The notes: generated by a model not told the origin, from the letters alone. A stretch of DNA of 64,000 nt from Oscillospiraceae bacterium (GCA_015069135.1 SVJE01000006.1:98753-162752), one strand, 5' to 3'; counted from the stretch's first letter, positions 50,794 through 60,485 are shown. Translations and numbers: made by a program.

Positions 50794-51603
50794 ATGAAAA
50801 AAATACCGTTTGTGCATTTTATGGATTATTTATTCAAATATGATAAATCCATTCCGGGTGAAGTGTTACTCGATAATTACTGTGTATATAAAGAAAACTA
50901 TTTATCAGGGAAATCAAGTTCTGACTTTTATTATAAATCAGGCTTTGTAATTGACTTTTCCACATATATAAACAATGATGAATGTACAGTGTTCTGCTTT
51001 TTGCATCAGATTAATGATTTATGCGATATTGAAAGTGTACTTAATTCAGTGCGAGTATTAATTGATGAACAACAAAAAGTTTTTAGGGTGTCATATGAAA
51101 TATTTGCTTCTGTAAAAATGTCCATCGCTGAAAAATTTGTCGACAGTATCGAGATGTACAGATTCAAGCGTTATGGTATAAGTTATCGTTCTAGTTTCAA
51201 TATTCAAAAAATTAGCAATGAAGATATTGGTACAGTAAAGAGTGTGATTGCAGAAAAAATTGAAAATGATTCTCATTTTGGAAGAGTGATAGCAAAAGGA
51301 TTTATGGATTTTTGTTGTGACGATATTAACAAATTGATAGGGTGTTTTGAAGAAGATAAACTTTGTGGAATAGCCTCATATGCATTTTTTGAGGAAGCTG
51401 ATATGGCTGAATTATCAAGTATATATGTATTGCCTGAGTTTCGAAATATTGGTGTTGGAAAAGAATTAGTACTATCTGCTTTAAATGAATATCCTAATAA
51501 ACAATGGATATACCAGGCCGGAGCAAAAAATGAGATGTCAATTAGACTTGCCCAATCTACGGGGTTTAAGCTTTCCGGAGCGGCCTTATATATTCGTGTA
51601 TAA
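50794..51603 (+). CDS. GNAT-family N-acetyltransferase
   Basis: LSSIYVLPEFRNIGVGKELV (motif A) and NEMSIRLAQSTGF. Confidence 0.82.
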   Translation: MKKIPFVHFMDYLFKYDKSIPGEVLLDNYCVYKENYLSGKSSSDFYYKSGFVIDFSTYINNDECTVFCFLHQINDLCDIESVLNSVRVLIDEQQKVFRVSYEIFASVKMSIAEKFVDSIEMYRFKRYGISYRSSFNIQKISNEDIGTVKSVIAEKIENDSHFGRVIAKGFMDFCCDDINKLIGCFEEDKLCGIASYAFFEEADMAELSSIYVLPEFRNIGVGKELVLSALNEYPNKQWIYQAGAKNEMSIRLAQSTGFKLSGAALYIRV

Positions 51604-51650
51604 TATGCTTGCATCAAATAAGTATGTTACTTATTTGATTATTTGCAATA

Positions 51651-51692
51651 AAAAAACAGGGGCTGTTTTACTTTGACAGTCCCTGCTTTTTT
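51651..51692. terminator. Bidirectional terminator between convergent GNAT and galM
   Basis: aaaaaa-caggggctgt-tttacttt-gacagtccctg-ctttttt. Confidence 0.8.
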
Positions 51693-51698
51693 GCGTTA

Positions 51699-52766
51699 TC
51701 ATTTGGTTTTAAATGTATAAACAGTTCTGTGTGTATAAACCTCTCCCGGTTTTAATACAATGCTTGGCCATTCAGGATGATTTATTGAGTCAGGGTAGTG
51801 TTGTGTTTCCATACAGAAAGCGCCACGTTTTTTGTAAACATATCCATCTTTACCAACAGTATCACCACTCATAAAGTTGCCTGTATAAAGCTGCATACCA
51901 GGTTGGTCTGTATATACTTCCATAAATATTCCTGTTTTTTCAGCATAAGCAGTAGCTGCAAGCCCGAATTCACCATAGGCTTTGTTAAGAATGTAGTTGT
52001 GGTCATAGCCGCCACCAGCGGTAATGTCAGGATCAGTACCTTCAGTCTGGAGTCCAGGATACAATTCTTTCTCTTCTCTTAAATCCAAAGGAGTTTCCTC
52101 TACATCAATGATTTCGTCAGTAGTGCAACAGAAATCATCACCCCTTATAAATTGCTCCGCATTTACTTTAACTTTATGATGACAGATACAACCCTGATTA
52201 TGACCTTCCAAATTGAAATATGCATGGTTTGTCATATTAACTATAGTATCGGCATCTGTTTCTGCCTTATAAAGAATCTCAAGGCTGTTGTTATCGTCAA
52301 AAGTATAAACAACTTTAACATTAAGATTTCCCGGATAGTTTTCCTCACCGTCAGGGCTTAACAGATTAAGCTCTAATTTGTTACCATCTTCTCCTTCAGG
52401 AAGGGTGGTATCCCATATCTTCGCGTTAAAGCCAACGGTTCCCCCGTGGAGATGGTTAGGACCGTTATTAATTGCCAACTGGTATTCTTTTCCGTTAAGG
52501 GTAAATTTACCGTTTCTTATTCTGTTTCCTACACGACCTATCAATGCTCCGTAATATGCATCTTCTGTATCTATGTACCCCTGGATGTTATCAAAACCAA
52601 CCAATACGTCAGCCAGGTTACCGTCACGGTCTGGAACCATGAGAGAGTGGAGAATACCGCCATAGTTAAGAATTTCAACATAAGCTCCGGTTTTGTTTGT
52701 TATACGATAAACATAAACTTCAGAGCCATTGTTAAGTTTATCAAATAATTTTTTAGTAATACTCAT
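51699..52766 (-). CDS. galM: Aldose 1-epimerase (galactose mutarotase)
   Basis: GALIGRVGNRI, NHLHGG, NMTNHAYFNL, GYDHNY and FCMETQHYPDS motifs. Confidence 0.95.
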   Translation of the reverse strand: MSITKKLFDKLNNGSEVYVYRITNKTGAYVEILNYGGILHSLMVPDRDGNLADVLVGFDNIQGYIDTEDAYYGALIGRVGNRIRNGKFTLNGKEYQLAINNGPNHLHGGTVGFNAKIWDTTLPEGEDGNKLELNLLSPDGEENYPGNLNVKVVYTFDDNNSLEILYKAETDADTIVNMTNHAYFNLEGHNQGCICHHKVKVNAEQFIRGDDFCCTTDEIIDVEETPLDLREEKELYPGLQTEGTDPDITAGGGYDHNYILNKAYGEFGLAATAYAEKTGIFMEVYTDQPGMQLYTGNFMSGDTVGKDGYVYKKRGAFCMETQHYPDSINHPEWPSIVLKPGEVYTHRTVYTFKTK

Positions 52767-52875
52767 AATTTAATACTCCTGTTTTTTATTTGTATTGGTA
52801 ATATTTTAGCATACAAAAAAACACTGGACAATATATTTACTATGTGTTATCATAACTTCCGGTAAATTAATATAT

Positions 52876-52951
52876 GCTTTCATAGCTCAGTAGGCAGAGC
52901 GCATCCATGGTAAGGATGAGGTCGCCGGTTCGATCCCGGCTGAAAGCTCCA
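52876..52951 (+). tRNA. tRNA-Thr(GGT)
   Basis: Acceptor stem GCTTTCA/TGAAAGC, anticodon arm CATCC-ATGGTAA-GGATG, GGTTCGATCCC T-arm, encoded CCA. Confidence 0.96.
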
Positions 52952-52958
52952 AGAAAAT

Positions 52959-52990
52959 GGCTGTTTCAAAAAAATTGAGACAGCTTTTTT
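52959..52990 (+). terminator. Terminator after tRNA-Thr
   Basis: ggctgtttcaa-aaaaa-ttgagacagc followed by a T-run. Confidence 0.75.
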
Positions 52991-53177
52991 GATTTAGTTA
53001 TAAAACACAGTTTGAGAAAAGTACAAAACATACGGTAAATATATATAGTCTGGTACAATAGTAAGTTTGTCTTTCAACTTCAGGTTGAACACTTCGTGGT
53101 ATCCGTTATTGAATAATATCTGGTAAAACATATAATTATGGACATTAAGTGAAGCTAAACAACGGAGGATACATATA

Positions 53178-53759
53178 ATGAACATAGGTAAGAACATTAA
53201 GCTTTTAAGAAATCGCAAAAATATTTCACAAGAAAAACTTGCGGAGCATTTAAACGTTTCTTTCCAGGCAGTTTCCAAATGGGAAAATCATTTTAATTTG
53301 CCGGACATAAGTTTATTACCCAAAATTGCGGAATTCTTTAATGTTTCAATAGATGCTCTTTTCAGCGAAGATGCTTTGACATATAATGTACAGGAAGGTG
53401 TGGACAATACGTCGCTTTTTCCTTGGGAAGACGATGATATTATAAGAGGTGTTGTCTGCCACGGAAGAAGAATACTTCATGTATCAGAAAACCTGACCGG
53501 TAAATTCACATTTGAATTTGTTGGAGATGCCAAGTCTGTAAGAAGTGAATGTGATTTAACCATAAACGGTTCTGTGTCAGGCGACTGTAGTGCCAATGGA
53601 GATGTGATTATATCCGGAGATCTGTCAGGTAAATGCCAGGCCGGGGATGACGTAGCAATAGGCGGTGATTTTTCTGGTTTTTGTGATGTGGGAGACGATG
53701 TTACCTTTGGGGGAGAAGTTAACGGAGAAATTGCTTCCGGAAGTGACAAACAAAAGTAA
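53178..53759 (+). CDS. XRE-family HTH protein with C-terminal beta-helix-like Gly/Asp repeats
   Basis: IGKNIKLLRNRKNISQEKLAEHLNVSFQAVSKWE...PDISLL; repeated G-D-V/L-x-x-x-G units. Confidence 0.85.
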   Translation: MNIGKNIKLLRNRKNISQEKLAEHLNVSFQAVSKWENHFNLPDISLLPKIAEFFNVSIDALFSEDALTYNVQEGVDNTSLFPWEDDDIIRGVVCHGRRILHVSENLTGKFTFEFVGDAKSVRSECDLTINGSVSGDCSANGDVIISGDLSGKCQAGDDVAIGGDFSGFCDVGDDVTFGGEVNGEIASGSDKQK

Positions 53760-53776
53760 AATAAGGAGTTTTCAAA

Positions 53777-54280
53777 TTGAAAAGTAAAGAGCTTACACAT
53801 GAACATATTGCGGAATGTTTAAAGGAAAAAGCAAATGATTTATTTCAGAATTTAGCAGGGTTTTCTGTGGTTTTGTTTTTGTTTTTTTTAATAGGCTCGT
53901 TGGCTTTGGTACATGTATATTCAAACAATCTGTTTTGGCTTTTATTACTTATTCCTTCAGGTCTTTTTGCCTATGCTGTTTTTTACTTAAAACAAAAAAA
54001 GAAAATGATTGAGAACAGACAGTATTCAGTGGTGAAAGATATACTTATTAGAAAATATAACACTTTGGTGGGGTGGAGAGCTTTGTTACCCCGACCTAAA
54101 TATAAAAAAGACTATTATAGTACCTTCGAGTTTTCGTATTTTGGTCTTCATCCTGTTTTCTCCGGGCAGGAAATGTCTACTTTTGAACTTTCAGACTGCG
54201 GCGACACATTTTATATCGTAGTATATAACAACAGAAAAGAAAGAGCTGTAGCGTTTTTTAACGCAAAACTGTACGATTAA
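53777..54280 (+). CDS. Hypothetical membrane protein
   Basis: aaggag RBS, TTG start, two hydrophobic segments. Confidence 0.6.
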   Translation: MKSKELTHEHIAECLKEKANDLFQNLAGFSVVLFLFFLIGSLALVHVYSNNLFWLLLLIPSGLFAYAVFYLKQKKKMIENRQYSVVKDILIRKYNTLVGWRALLPRPKYKKDYYSTFEFSYFGLHPVFSGQEMSTFELSDCGDTFYIVVYNNRKERAVAFFNAKLYD

Positions 54281-54331
54281 TACCCCTTGACACTTCTTTT
54301 CTGTAGGTATATATTACCCTTGTAAATAATT

Positions 54332-54430
54332 AGCAGAGCAGATATTGCGCGTTAAGTACCGAGGGATGGGAGTATAGCCCCCGGGCGAAAAGTCATAGAA
54401 GACTTGCGGTGCAATATTTCATCCGCTGTA
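54332..54430 (+). promoter_or_regulatory. THF (tetrahydrofolate) riboswitch
   Basis: GCAGAGCAGA..TGC-GCGTTAAGT...ATGGGA...CGAA...GCGGTG-CA...ATCCGCTG matches the THF aptamer layout; sits upstream of a folate ECF S-component. Confidence 0.88.
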
Positions 54431-54478
54431 TTCAGGGGTGCTGCTCTTCTTCATTTTACCAAGAAGGAGAGTTTTTTT

Positions 54479-55000
54479 ATGGAAAAAAATATGTTTAAGG
54501 GGGGACTTAAAGTCCTTGTTACTTTAGCAATGCTGGTTGCCTTAAGCTCTGTATTCGGCAAATTCATGTCGGTGGATATTACACCGTATTTGAGGATAGG
54601 TTTTGAAAATCTGCCTATAATCCTTTCCGGAATAATTTTTGGTCCTTTGGCAGGTTTTGTTACAGGTGTTGCGTCGGATCTTTTAGGCTGCCTGCTTAAA
54701 GGTTTCCCTGTGAATTTTATAATCACATTGGCATCAGGCGTTATAGGATTTGCAGCAGCAATTTTAAGACATTTTATAAAAGGTGTATCCTTTATGAAAA
54801 TATGGCTCATCACTATAATTCCTCATTTTATCAGCACTATCATATTAAGAACTGTAGGACTGTGTGTTCTTTACGGTAACCCCTGGCAGATAATATTCTT
54901 AAGAGCTCCTTTTTATATTGTCTGGGGGACTTTAGAGGCATTTTTGATTTATACATTTTACCGAAAAAATATTATGAAACAACTGGGGGCAAAATATTGA
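54479..55000 (+). CDS. folT: Folate ECF transporter S component
   Basis: LRIGFENLPIILSGIIFGP...SDLLG; multiple TM helices; start moved to ATG 54479 behind gaaggag; downstream of the riboswitch. Confidence 0.85.
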   Translation: MEKNMFKGGLKVLVTLAMLVALSSVFGKFMSVDITPYLRIGFENLPIILSGIIFGPLAGFVTGVASDLLGCLLKGFPVNFIITLASGVIGFAAAILRHFIKGVSFMKIWLITIIPHFISTIILRTVGLCVLYGNPWQIIFLRAPFYIVWGTLEAFLIYTFYRKNIMKQLGAKY

Positions 55001-56226
55001 ACATTCAGGAAACATTTGAATATATACACAAAGTGAATTGGAGAGGAAGTAAGCCGGGTTTGTCGAGAACAAAGGAACTTCTCACTATGATAGGGAATCC
55101 TCACAATAAACTTAAATTTATACATGTGGCAGGTACTAACGGCAAAGGCTCCACCTGTGCTATGTTGGCAAACATATTAAAAGTACAGGGCTATAAGACA
55201 GGTCTTTACACATCACCATACATATATGTTTTTAACGAAAGAATGCAGATTAACGGTGAAAATATACCTGACGAAAAGCTCTGTGAAATAACTACCTATG
55301 TAAGACAGTTTGCAGACAAAATGGAAGATGCCCCTACAGAGTTTGAACTTATTACAGTGGTGGCCATGGAGTACTTTGCAAGGGAACAATGTGATATTGT
55401 GGTACTGGAGACAGGCCTCGGCGGGGAACTTGACTCAACTAATGTAATTAATACCCCTGAAGTAGCGGTGATTACAGCAATAGGTCTTGACCATGTGAAG
55501 GAACTGGGGTCAGATATTTCAGACATTGCAAGGGCAAAGGCAGGAATAATCAAACCGGAAGGCAGAGTGGCATTTTACGGGGGAGAGGTTGAAGTCCTTG
55601 ATGTAATCGAAAAAGCCTGTGAGGAAAAAGGTTGTCTGTTAAGATTTCCAAAACGTGGTGCAGCAGACAGTTTTGATATAGGTCTTAAAGGTGTGTATCA
55701 GCGTAAAAATGCAGAGCTTGTTCTGTGTACTGTCAGCCTATTAAGAGAAGCAGGTTGGGAAATTGAGGAAACTTCCGTAAGGCAAGGCATAGCAACGGTA
55801 AAATGGCCCGGTCGTTTCCAGAAGGTGCACAAAAAGCCTGATGTGATTGTTGATGGTGGTCATAATCCTCATGGGGTACAAGGAACTGTTGACAGCCTTA
55901 AATTCTATTATTCTGATAAAAAAATTCATTTTATTATGGGAGTTATGGCAGATAAAGAAGTGGATGAAATGTTGGAAATCATGAAACCGGTAGCTGCAGA
56001 TTTTGTTACAGTAACTCCGGACAATCCAAGAGCTATGAAGGCTGTTGACCTGGCCGATCTTATTGGTAAAATGGGTATTTCTTCGGTTGCTGCAGGTTCC
56101 GTGGATGAGGGCGTGCGTATTGCTATGGCAAAGGCCGGTGAAGATGATGTTATTTGTGCCATAGGTTCTCTATACATGTTTAAAGAAGTAGTGGATAGCC
56201 TTGTTAATTATGCAAAACTTTGGTAG
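54997..56226 (+). CDS. folC: Folylpolyglutamate synthase / dihydrofolate synthase
   Basis: HVAGTNGKGST, GLYTSPY, LETGLGGELDSTN, WPGRFQ and VDGGHNPHG motifs. Confidence 0.95.
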   Translation: MNIQETFEYIHKVNWRGSKPGLSRTKELLTMIGNPHNKLKFIHVAGTNGKGSTCAMLANILKVQGYKTGLYTSPYIYVFNERMQINGENIPDEKLCEITTYVRQFADKMEDAPTEFELITVVAMEYFAREQCDIVVLETGLGGELDSTNVINTPEVAVITAIGLDHVKELGSDISDIARAKAGIIKPEGRVAFYGGEVEVLDVIEKACEEKGCLLRFPKRGAADSFDIGLKGVYQRKNAELVLCTVSLLREAGWEIEETSVRQGIATVKWPGRFQKVHKKPDVIVDGGHNPHGVQGTVDSLKFYYSDKKIHFIMGVMADKEVDEMLEIMKPVAADFVTVTPDNPRAMKAVDLADLIGKMGISSVAAGSVDEGVRIAMAKAGEDDVICAIGSLYMFKEVVDSLVNYAKLW

Positions 56227-56265
56227 AATTAAAGGTAAGTATTAAGAAAGCTTGAGGTATATATT

Positions 56266-56685
56266 ATGGAGTCAGCAGGATTAGGTAGTAGGGAAGTGGC
56301 TTCTGCAGCTTTAAGAGTTGCAATATCAGCTAATCGTGAAGAAGAAAAAAGTTTACAGGCGGAGTTCTCTTCTCAAGGAATTTACACAGCAGGTGTGGAT
56401 TTCGGCGGAGAGTTTATAAACTCTGTTACAAAGATAATTGAAAGAGCAATTGTGGCTGCTAAAAGAGAAGGTATCATTCAGGATTCTCATGTTGAAGAAG
56501 GTGCCGTGGCAGGTGCAGCTAAAGAAGCTGTTACTCAGATTGTAAATAAGGCAATAGGTCTGAATGTAGGCGGCAAACTTGCCATTGCCAGAAGTGGGGA
56601 TCATGTAAGTGTGGCTTTGTTTTTCGGAGTAGGGCTTCTCCATCTTAATGAAATGGTTGTAGGTTTAGGTCACAGAGTAATATAA
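56266..56685 (+). CDS. hutP: HutP-family RNA-binding protein
   Basis: ERAIVAAKREG..DSHVEEGAVAGA and GLGHRVI; typical length. Confidence 0.8.
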   Translation: MESAGLGSREVASAALRVAISANREEEKSLQAEFSSQGIYTAGVDFGGEFINSVTKIIERAIVAAKREGIIQDSHVEEGAVAGAAKEAVTQIVNKAIGLNVGGKLAIARSGDHVSVALFFGVGLLHLNEMVVGLGHRVI

Positions 56686-56704
56686 AGGAAAAGAGGAGTG
56701 TAAA

Positions 56705-57394
56705 ATGTCTATACAGATAGCAATTGACGGACCAGCAGGTGCAGGTAAGAGCACAATAGCCAAAATACTGGCAAAAGAAAAGAATTTTATATATCTTGAT
56801 ACAGGAGCTATGTACAGAGGCTTTGGCCTTTATGCTATCAGAAAAGGTGTTAGCTTTGAAGGCTGGGATGAAACAAATGCGGATGAAAGACTTGGCGGAA
56901 TATTAGACGATTTTACCATGAATATAGAATACCGGGACGGAAGTCAACATGTTGTTGTTAATGGAGAAGATGTTACTGATATGATAAGAACACCTGAAGT
57001 TTCTCTGGCAGCTTCTAAAGTAGCGGTTGTTCCTGCAGTAAGACTTAAGTTGGTTGAACTTCAGAGAAAGATTGCAGCCGATAACAACGTGGTTATGGAC
57101 GGAAGAGATATAGGTTCTTATGTACTTCCTGGTGCTACTGTTAAGATATTCCTGACAGCTTCTGCTGAGGCAAGAGCGCAGAGACGCTATATTGAACTTC
57201 AGGAAAAAGGACAGACCGATGTGACTTATGAAGAAGTTCTTGAAGATATGAAGTTCCGTGACAAGAACGACAGCTCCAGAAAATTTGCTCCTCTTACTTG
57301 TGCAGAAGATGCAATTAAGGTTGATACTACAGAATGTACTTTGGAAGAATCTATTAATAGAATCAAAGAGGTTGTAGAAAGCAAATTATGTTAA
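56705..57394 (+). CDS. cmk: Cytidylate kinase
   Basis: IAIDGPAGAGKST, LDTGAMYR, VMDGRDIG and KIFLTASAEARAQRR motifs. Confidence 0.97.
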   Translation: MSIQIAIDGPAGAGKSTIAKILAKEKNFIYLDTGAMYRGFGLYAIRKGVSFEGWDETNADERLGGILDDFTMNIEYRDGSQHVVVNGEDVTDMIRTPEVSLAASKVAVVPAVRLKLVELQRKIAADNNVVMDGRDIGSYVLPGATVKIFLTASAEARAQRRYIELQEKGQTDVTYEEVLEDMKFRDKNDSSRKFAPLTCAEDAIKVDTTECTLEESINRIKEVVESKLC

Positions 57395-57975
57395 GATTAC
57401 GCATTATACAGGTCCTTTTTAAAGTTATATTTAATGTTTTTCTCAGAGTAAAGGTGGAAGGATACGAGAATGTTCCTATTGAAGGAAAGGCTTTGATTCT
57501 GCCTAATCATACAGGAATTTTGGATATGTTCATGGTTGGATACAAAATACCTCGTATGATTCACTGGATGGCGAAAGCAGAACTTTTCAAGAATAAACTT
57601 TTTGGTAAAGTATTGTCATTTTACGGGGCTTATCCTGTTAACCGTGGGGCTCACGATACCAGGGCGGCCAGAAGAACTTTTGAGCTTCTGGAGCAGGGAG
57701 AACTTGTGGGGATTTTTCCTCAGGGAACCCGTGCCAGGAAAGATAAACCAATACCACGTGCCAAGAGTGGGGCTATAAAATATGCTGTTGAAACGGATAC
57801 AACGGTAATTCCTGTGGCAATCTGGGGAAAGAAAAAACTCTTCGGTAAAATGAATGTAAAGTTCGGAACAGCTTTTAAGTTCCCTGCGCCTTCTGAAGAT
57901 GATAAATATTCAAGGGAAGAATATCTTGAAATGGCACAGAAGTTTATGGATGACATATACGCCATGATGGAGTAG
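57388..57975 (+). CDS. plsC: 1-acyl-sn-glycerol-3-phosphate acyltransferase
   Basis: PNHTGILD (HX4D), MAKAELF and IFPQGTR motifs. Confidence 0.92.
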   Translation: MLRLRIIQVLFKVIFNVFLRVKVEGYENVPIEGKALILPNHTGILDMFMVGYKIPRMIHWMAKAELFKNKLFGKVLSFYGAYPVNRGAHDTRAARRTFELLEQGELVGIFPQGTRARKDKPIPRAKSGAIKYAVETDTTVIPVAIWGKKKLFGKMNVKFGTAFKFPAPSEDDKYSREEYLEMAQKFMDDIYAMME

Positions 57976-57984
57976 GAGAATTTT

Positions 57985-60114
57985 ATGGAAATAATTAAAG
58001 CGGAGACCGCCGGCTTTTGTTTTGGTGTAGCGGCTGCTTCGGATAAAGCTTTTAAATTAGCGGAAGAAAGAGTACAGGGGAATATTTATACCTTCGGGCC
58101 CCTTATTCACAATGCAGGAGTTGTGAAGAAACTTGAAAATATGGGTGTCGGAGTGGTGGAAGATACATCTGATCCAAGATTGGAAGGTGCTTCCGTTATA
58201 ATTCGTGCCCATGGTGTGGCTCCTCAGGTGAAAAAAGAACTTGAGGCAAGAGGCTGCAAGATAACTGATGCTACCTGTCCTTTTGTAGGTAAAATTCATC
58301 GTCTGGTTAAGAAAGAGTATGGAGAGGGTAAGCAGATTGTTATTATTGGTGACCCTGAACATCCTGAAGTTAAAGGAATTAACGGTTGCTGTGATAATAC
58401 AGCATATATTATTAAAGAAACAGATGATGTTAAAGGTTTGGAATCCTGGGTTCAGGAAGGGAAGTCTGTAAGTATCGTTACACAGACAACTTTTAACATT
58501 AAGAAATTTGGTGAAATTTCCCATCTGATTGAAAAAACAATTGACAAACACGAATTTTTTGATACAATATGCAGTGCGACTAGTTTACGGCAGAAAGAGG
58601 CAGAACAGATTGCGTCAAAGGTTGATTTAATGATCATTGTAGGGGGACGAAATAGTTCAAATACATTGAAACTCTACGAGATTTGCAGTCAACTTTGTGA
58701 CAATGTCAAGTTGGTTGAATCAGCTGATGAATTGGAAGCAAAATGGTTTAAAAATATTAGGAAAGCGGGTGTTACCGCCGGGGCATCTACTCCCGGGTGG
58801 AGCATCGAGGAGGTAATTGGTGTAATGAGTGACATTGATTTTATTGAAAATGAGGCAAAGAATACAGCAGAGGAGAATTTCGAGTCCATGCTGGAAGATA
58901 CTTTGACTACAGTAACAAGTGGAGAAATCGTGAAAGGTGCTATCAATAAGATTGATGACAAGGGTGTCTATGTTGATCTTGGCTTCAAGTATGAAGGTTT
59001 TATTGCTATAGATGAGTTTGCACCTGTTCCCGGTATCGAAACAGAATTGCCAAAGGTAGGCGACGAAGTTGAGGCTAAAGTTGTAAGAGTAAGCGACAAA
59101 GATTGCGAAGTTATCTTGTCTAAGAGACGTATTGACTATGCTAAGAACATGCAGGTTATTGAAGAGTCTTTCAACAACAAGACTCCAATCACTGTTAAAG
59201 TTACTGAAGCTATCAAGGGCGGTGTTATTGCATTTGCAGGTAGCGTAAGAATCTTTATTCCTGCTTCTCAGATTGCTTTGAGATTTGTTAAGGATTTATC
59301 TACATTCGTAGGTCAGGAAATGGAAATCATCATCACTTCTTTTGAGAAGGGTATAAAGGGCAGAATGAAGATTGTTGGTTCCAGAAAGGTTATCGTTGAA
59401 GCTGAATACAACGAGAAAGAAGAAGCTTTCTGGGGTGATATGTACGAGGGTAAAGTTTGTAAGGGTATCGTTAAGAGCTTTACAACATTCGGTGCTTTCG
59501 TTGACATCGGTGGTTATGACGGACTTATCCACTTGACTGAATTGGCTTGGAGAAAGGTTAAACACCCATCCGAGATTCTTACTATCGGTCAGGAAGTAGA
59601 AGTTAACGTTATTTCTTTCGACAGAGAAAAGAAGAAGATTTCTTTAGGTTATAGAAAAGCTGAAGATAATCCATGGAAAGATGCTGAGAACCTTTACCAG
59701 GTTGGCGACATCTTCGAGGTAACAGTTGTAAGATTTGTTAACTTCGGTGTGTTCGTAAACATTGCTGAAGGTGTTGACGGTTTGGTTCACATTTCTCAGA
59801 TTTCTAACAAGAGAATCAAGGCTGCTTCTGACTGCCTCGAGTTAGGTCAGAAAGTACAGGCTAAGGTTATTGATACAGATCTTGAAAACCACAAGATTAA
59901 CTTGAGCATTAAAGAGGTTCAGGCTTACGATCCTCCATATGTTGAAGAAGAACCTGTAGCTGAAGAAGCTGCTGAGGAGAAGGCTCCTAAGAAGAGAGCT
60001 CCAAAGAAAAAGAAAGAAGTTAAGGAAGAGGATGACTACAAGCAGGAAATCGTTTCTTCCGGTGCTTCAATTGCTGATATCTTAGCTTCTAAGGGCGAAG
60101 AAATCGAAGAATAA
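57985..60114 (+). CDS. ispH: IspH - ribosomal protein S1 fusion
   Basis: AGFCFGV, IRAHG, DATCPFV, DTICSAT and TAGASTP (IspH), then four S1 repeats (e.g. FGAFVDIGGYDGLIHLTEL). Confidence 0.95.
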   Translation: MEIIKAETAGFCFGVAAASDKAFKLAEERVQGNIYTFGPLIHNAGVVKKLENMGVGVVEDTSDPRLEGASVIIRAHGVAPQVKKELEARGCKITDATCPFVGKIHRLVKKEYGEGKQIVIIGDPEHPEVKGINGCCDNTAYIIKETDDVKGLESWVQEGKSVSIVTQTTFNIKKFGEISHLIEKTIDKHEFFDTICSATSLRQKEAEQIASKVDLMIIVGGRNSSNTLKLYEICSQLCDNVKLVESADELEAKWFKNIRKAGVTAGASTPGWSIEEVIGVMSDIDFIENEAKNTAEENFESMLEDTLTTVTSGEIVKGAINKIDDKGVYVDLGFKYEGFIAIDEFAPVPGIETELPKVGDEVEAKVVRVSDKDCEVILSKRRIDYAKNMQVIEESFNNKTPITVKVTEAIKGGVIAFAGSVRIFIPASQIALRFVKDLSTFVGQEMEIIITSFEKGIKGRMKIVGSRKVIVEAEYNEKEEAFWGDMYEGKVCKGIVKSFTTFGAFVDIGGYDGLIHLTELAWRKVKHPSEILTIGQEVEVNVISFDREKKKISLGYRKAEDNPWKDAENLYQVGDIFEVTVVRFVNFGVFVNIAEGVDGLVHISQISNKRIKAASDCLELGQKVQAKVIDTDLENHKINLSIKEVQAYDPPYVEEEPVAEEAAEEKAPKKRAPKKKKEVKEEDDYKQEIVSSGASIADILASKGEEIEE

Positions 60115-60224
60115 TTTTTGTTTGTTACATAGCCGGTTGACACTTGTTTTTGTTAACCGGCTATGCTATAATCTAAAACCGTTGCGGTTGTTGTAAAGGG
60201 ATACGGCAGTTGCAACGTTAAAAC

Positions 60225-60311
60225 GCGGATATGGCGGAATTGGCAGACGCGCATGGTTCAGGTCCATGTCTTAGCAATAAGGTACAGGTTCAAGTCCTGC
60301 TATCCGCACCA
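60225..60311 (+). tRNA. tRNA-Leu(CAG)
   Basis: Acceptor stem GCGGATA/TATCCGC, anticodon arm CATGG-TTCAGGT-CCATG, long variable arm, GGTTCAAGTCC, CCA. Confidence 0.96.
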
Positions 60312-60366
60312 AAAAGTAGAAATCCGAACCCAAAGCCGGTAGGCGAAGGGTTCGGATTTCTTTTTG
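60312..60366 (+). terminator. Strong hairpin after tRNA-Leu
   Basis: agaaatccgaaccc / gggttcggatttct 14-bp stem followed by a T-run. Confidence 0.75.
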
Positions 60367-60485
60367 TGTTCGGTGATCTGTGATGCTGACTTGCTGTTGT
60401 TGGCATCACGCCCGAGCACCGCCTAAGTAAATATCCTTGATAGTTGATGCCAAACGAAAACGAATTTTAAGAAAGGATATTTACA

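Noticed and set aside
54332-56685. THF riboswitch-folT-folC and hutP as novelties
   Set aside because: Known, common clostridial arrangements; listed as features only.
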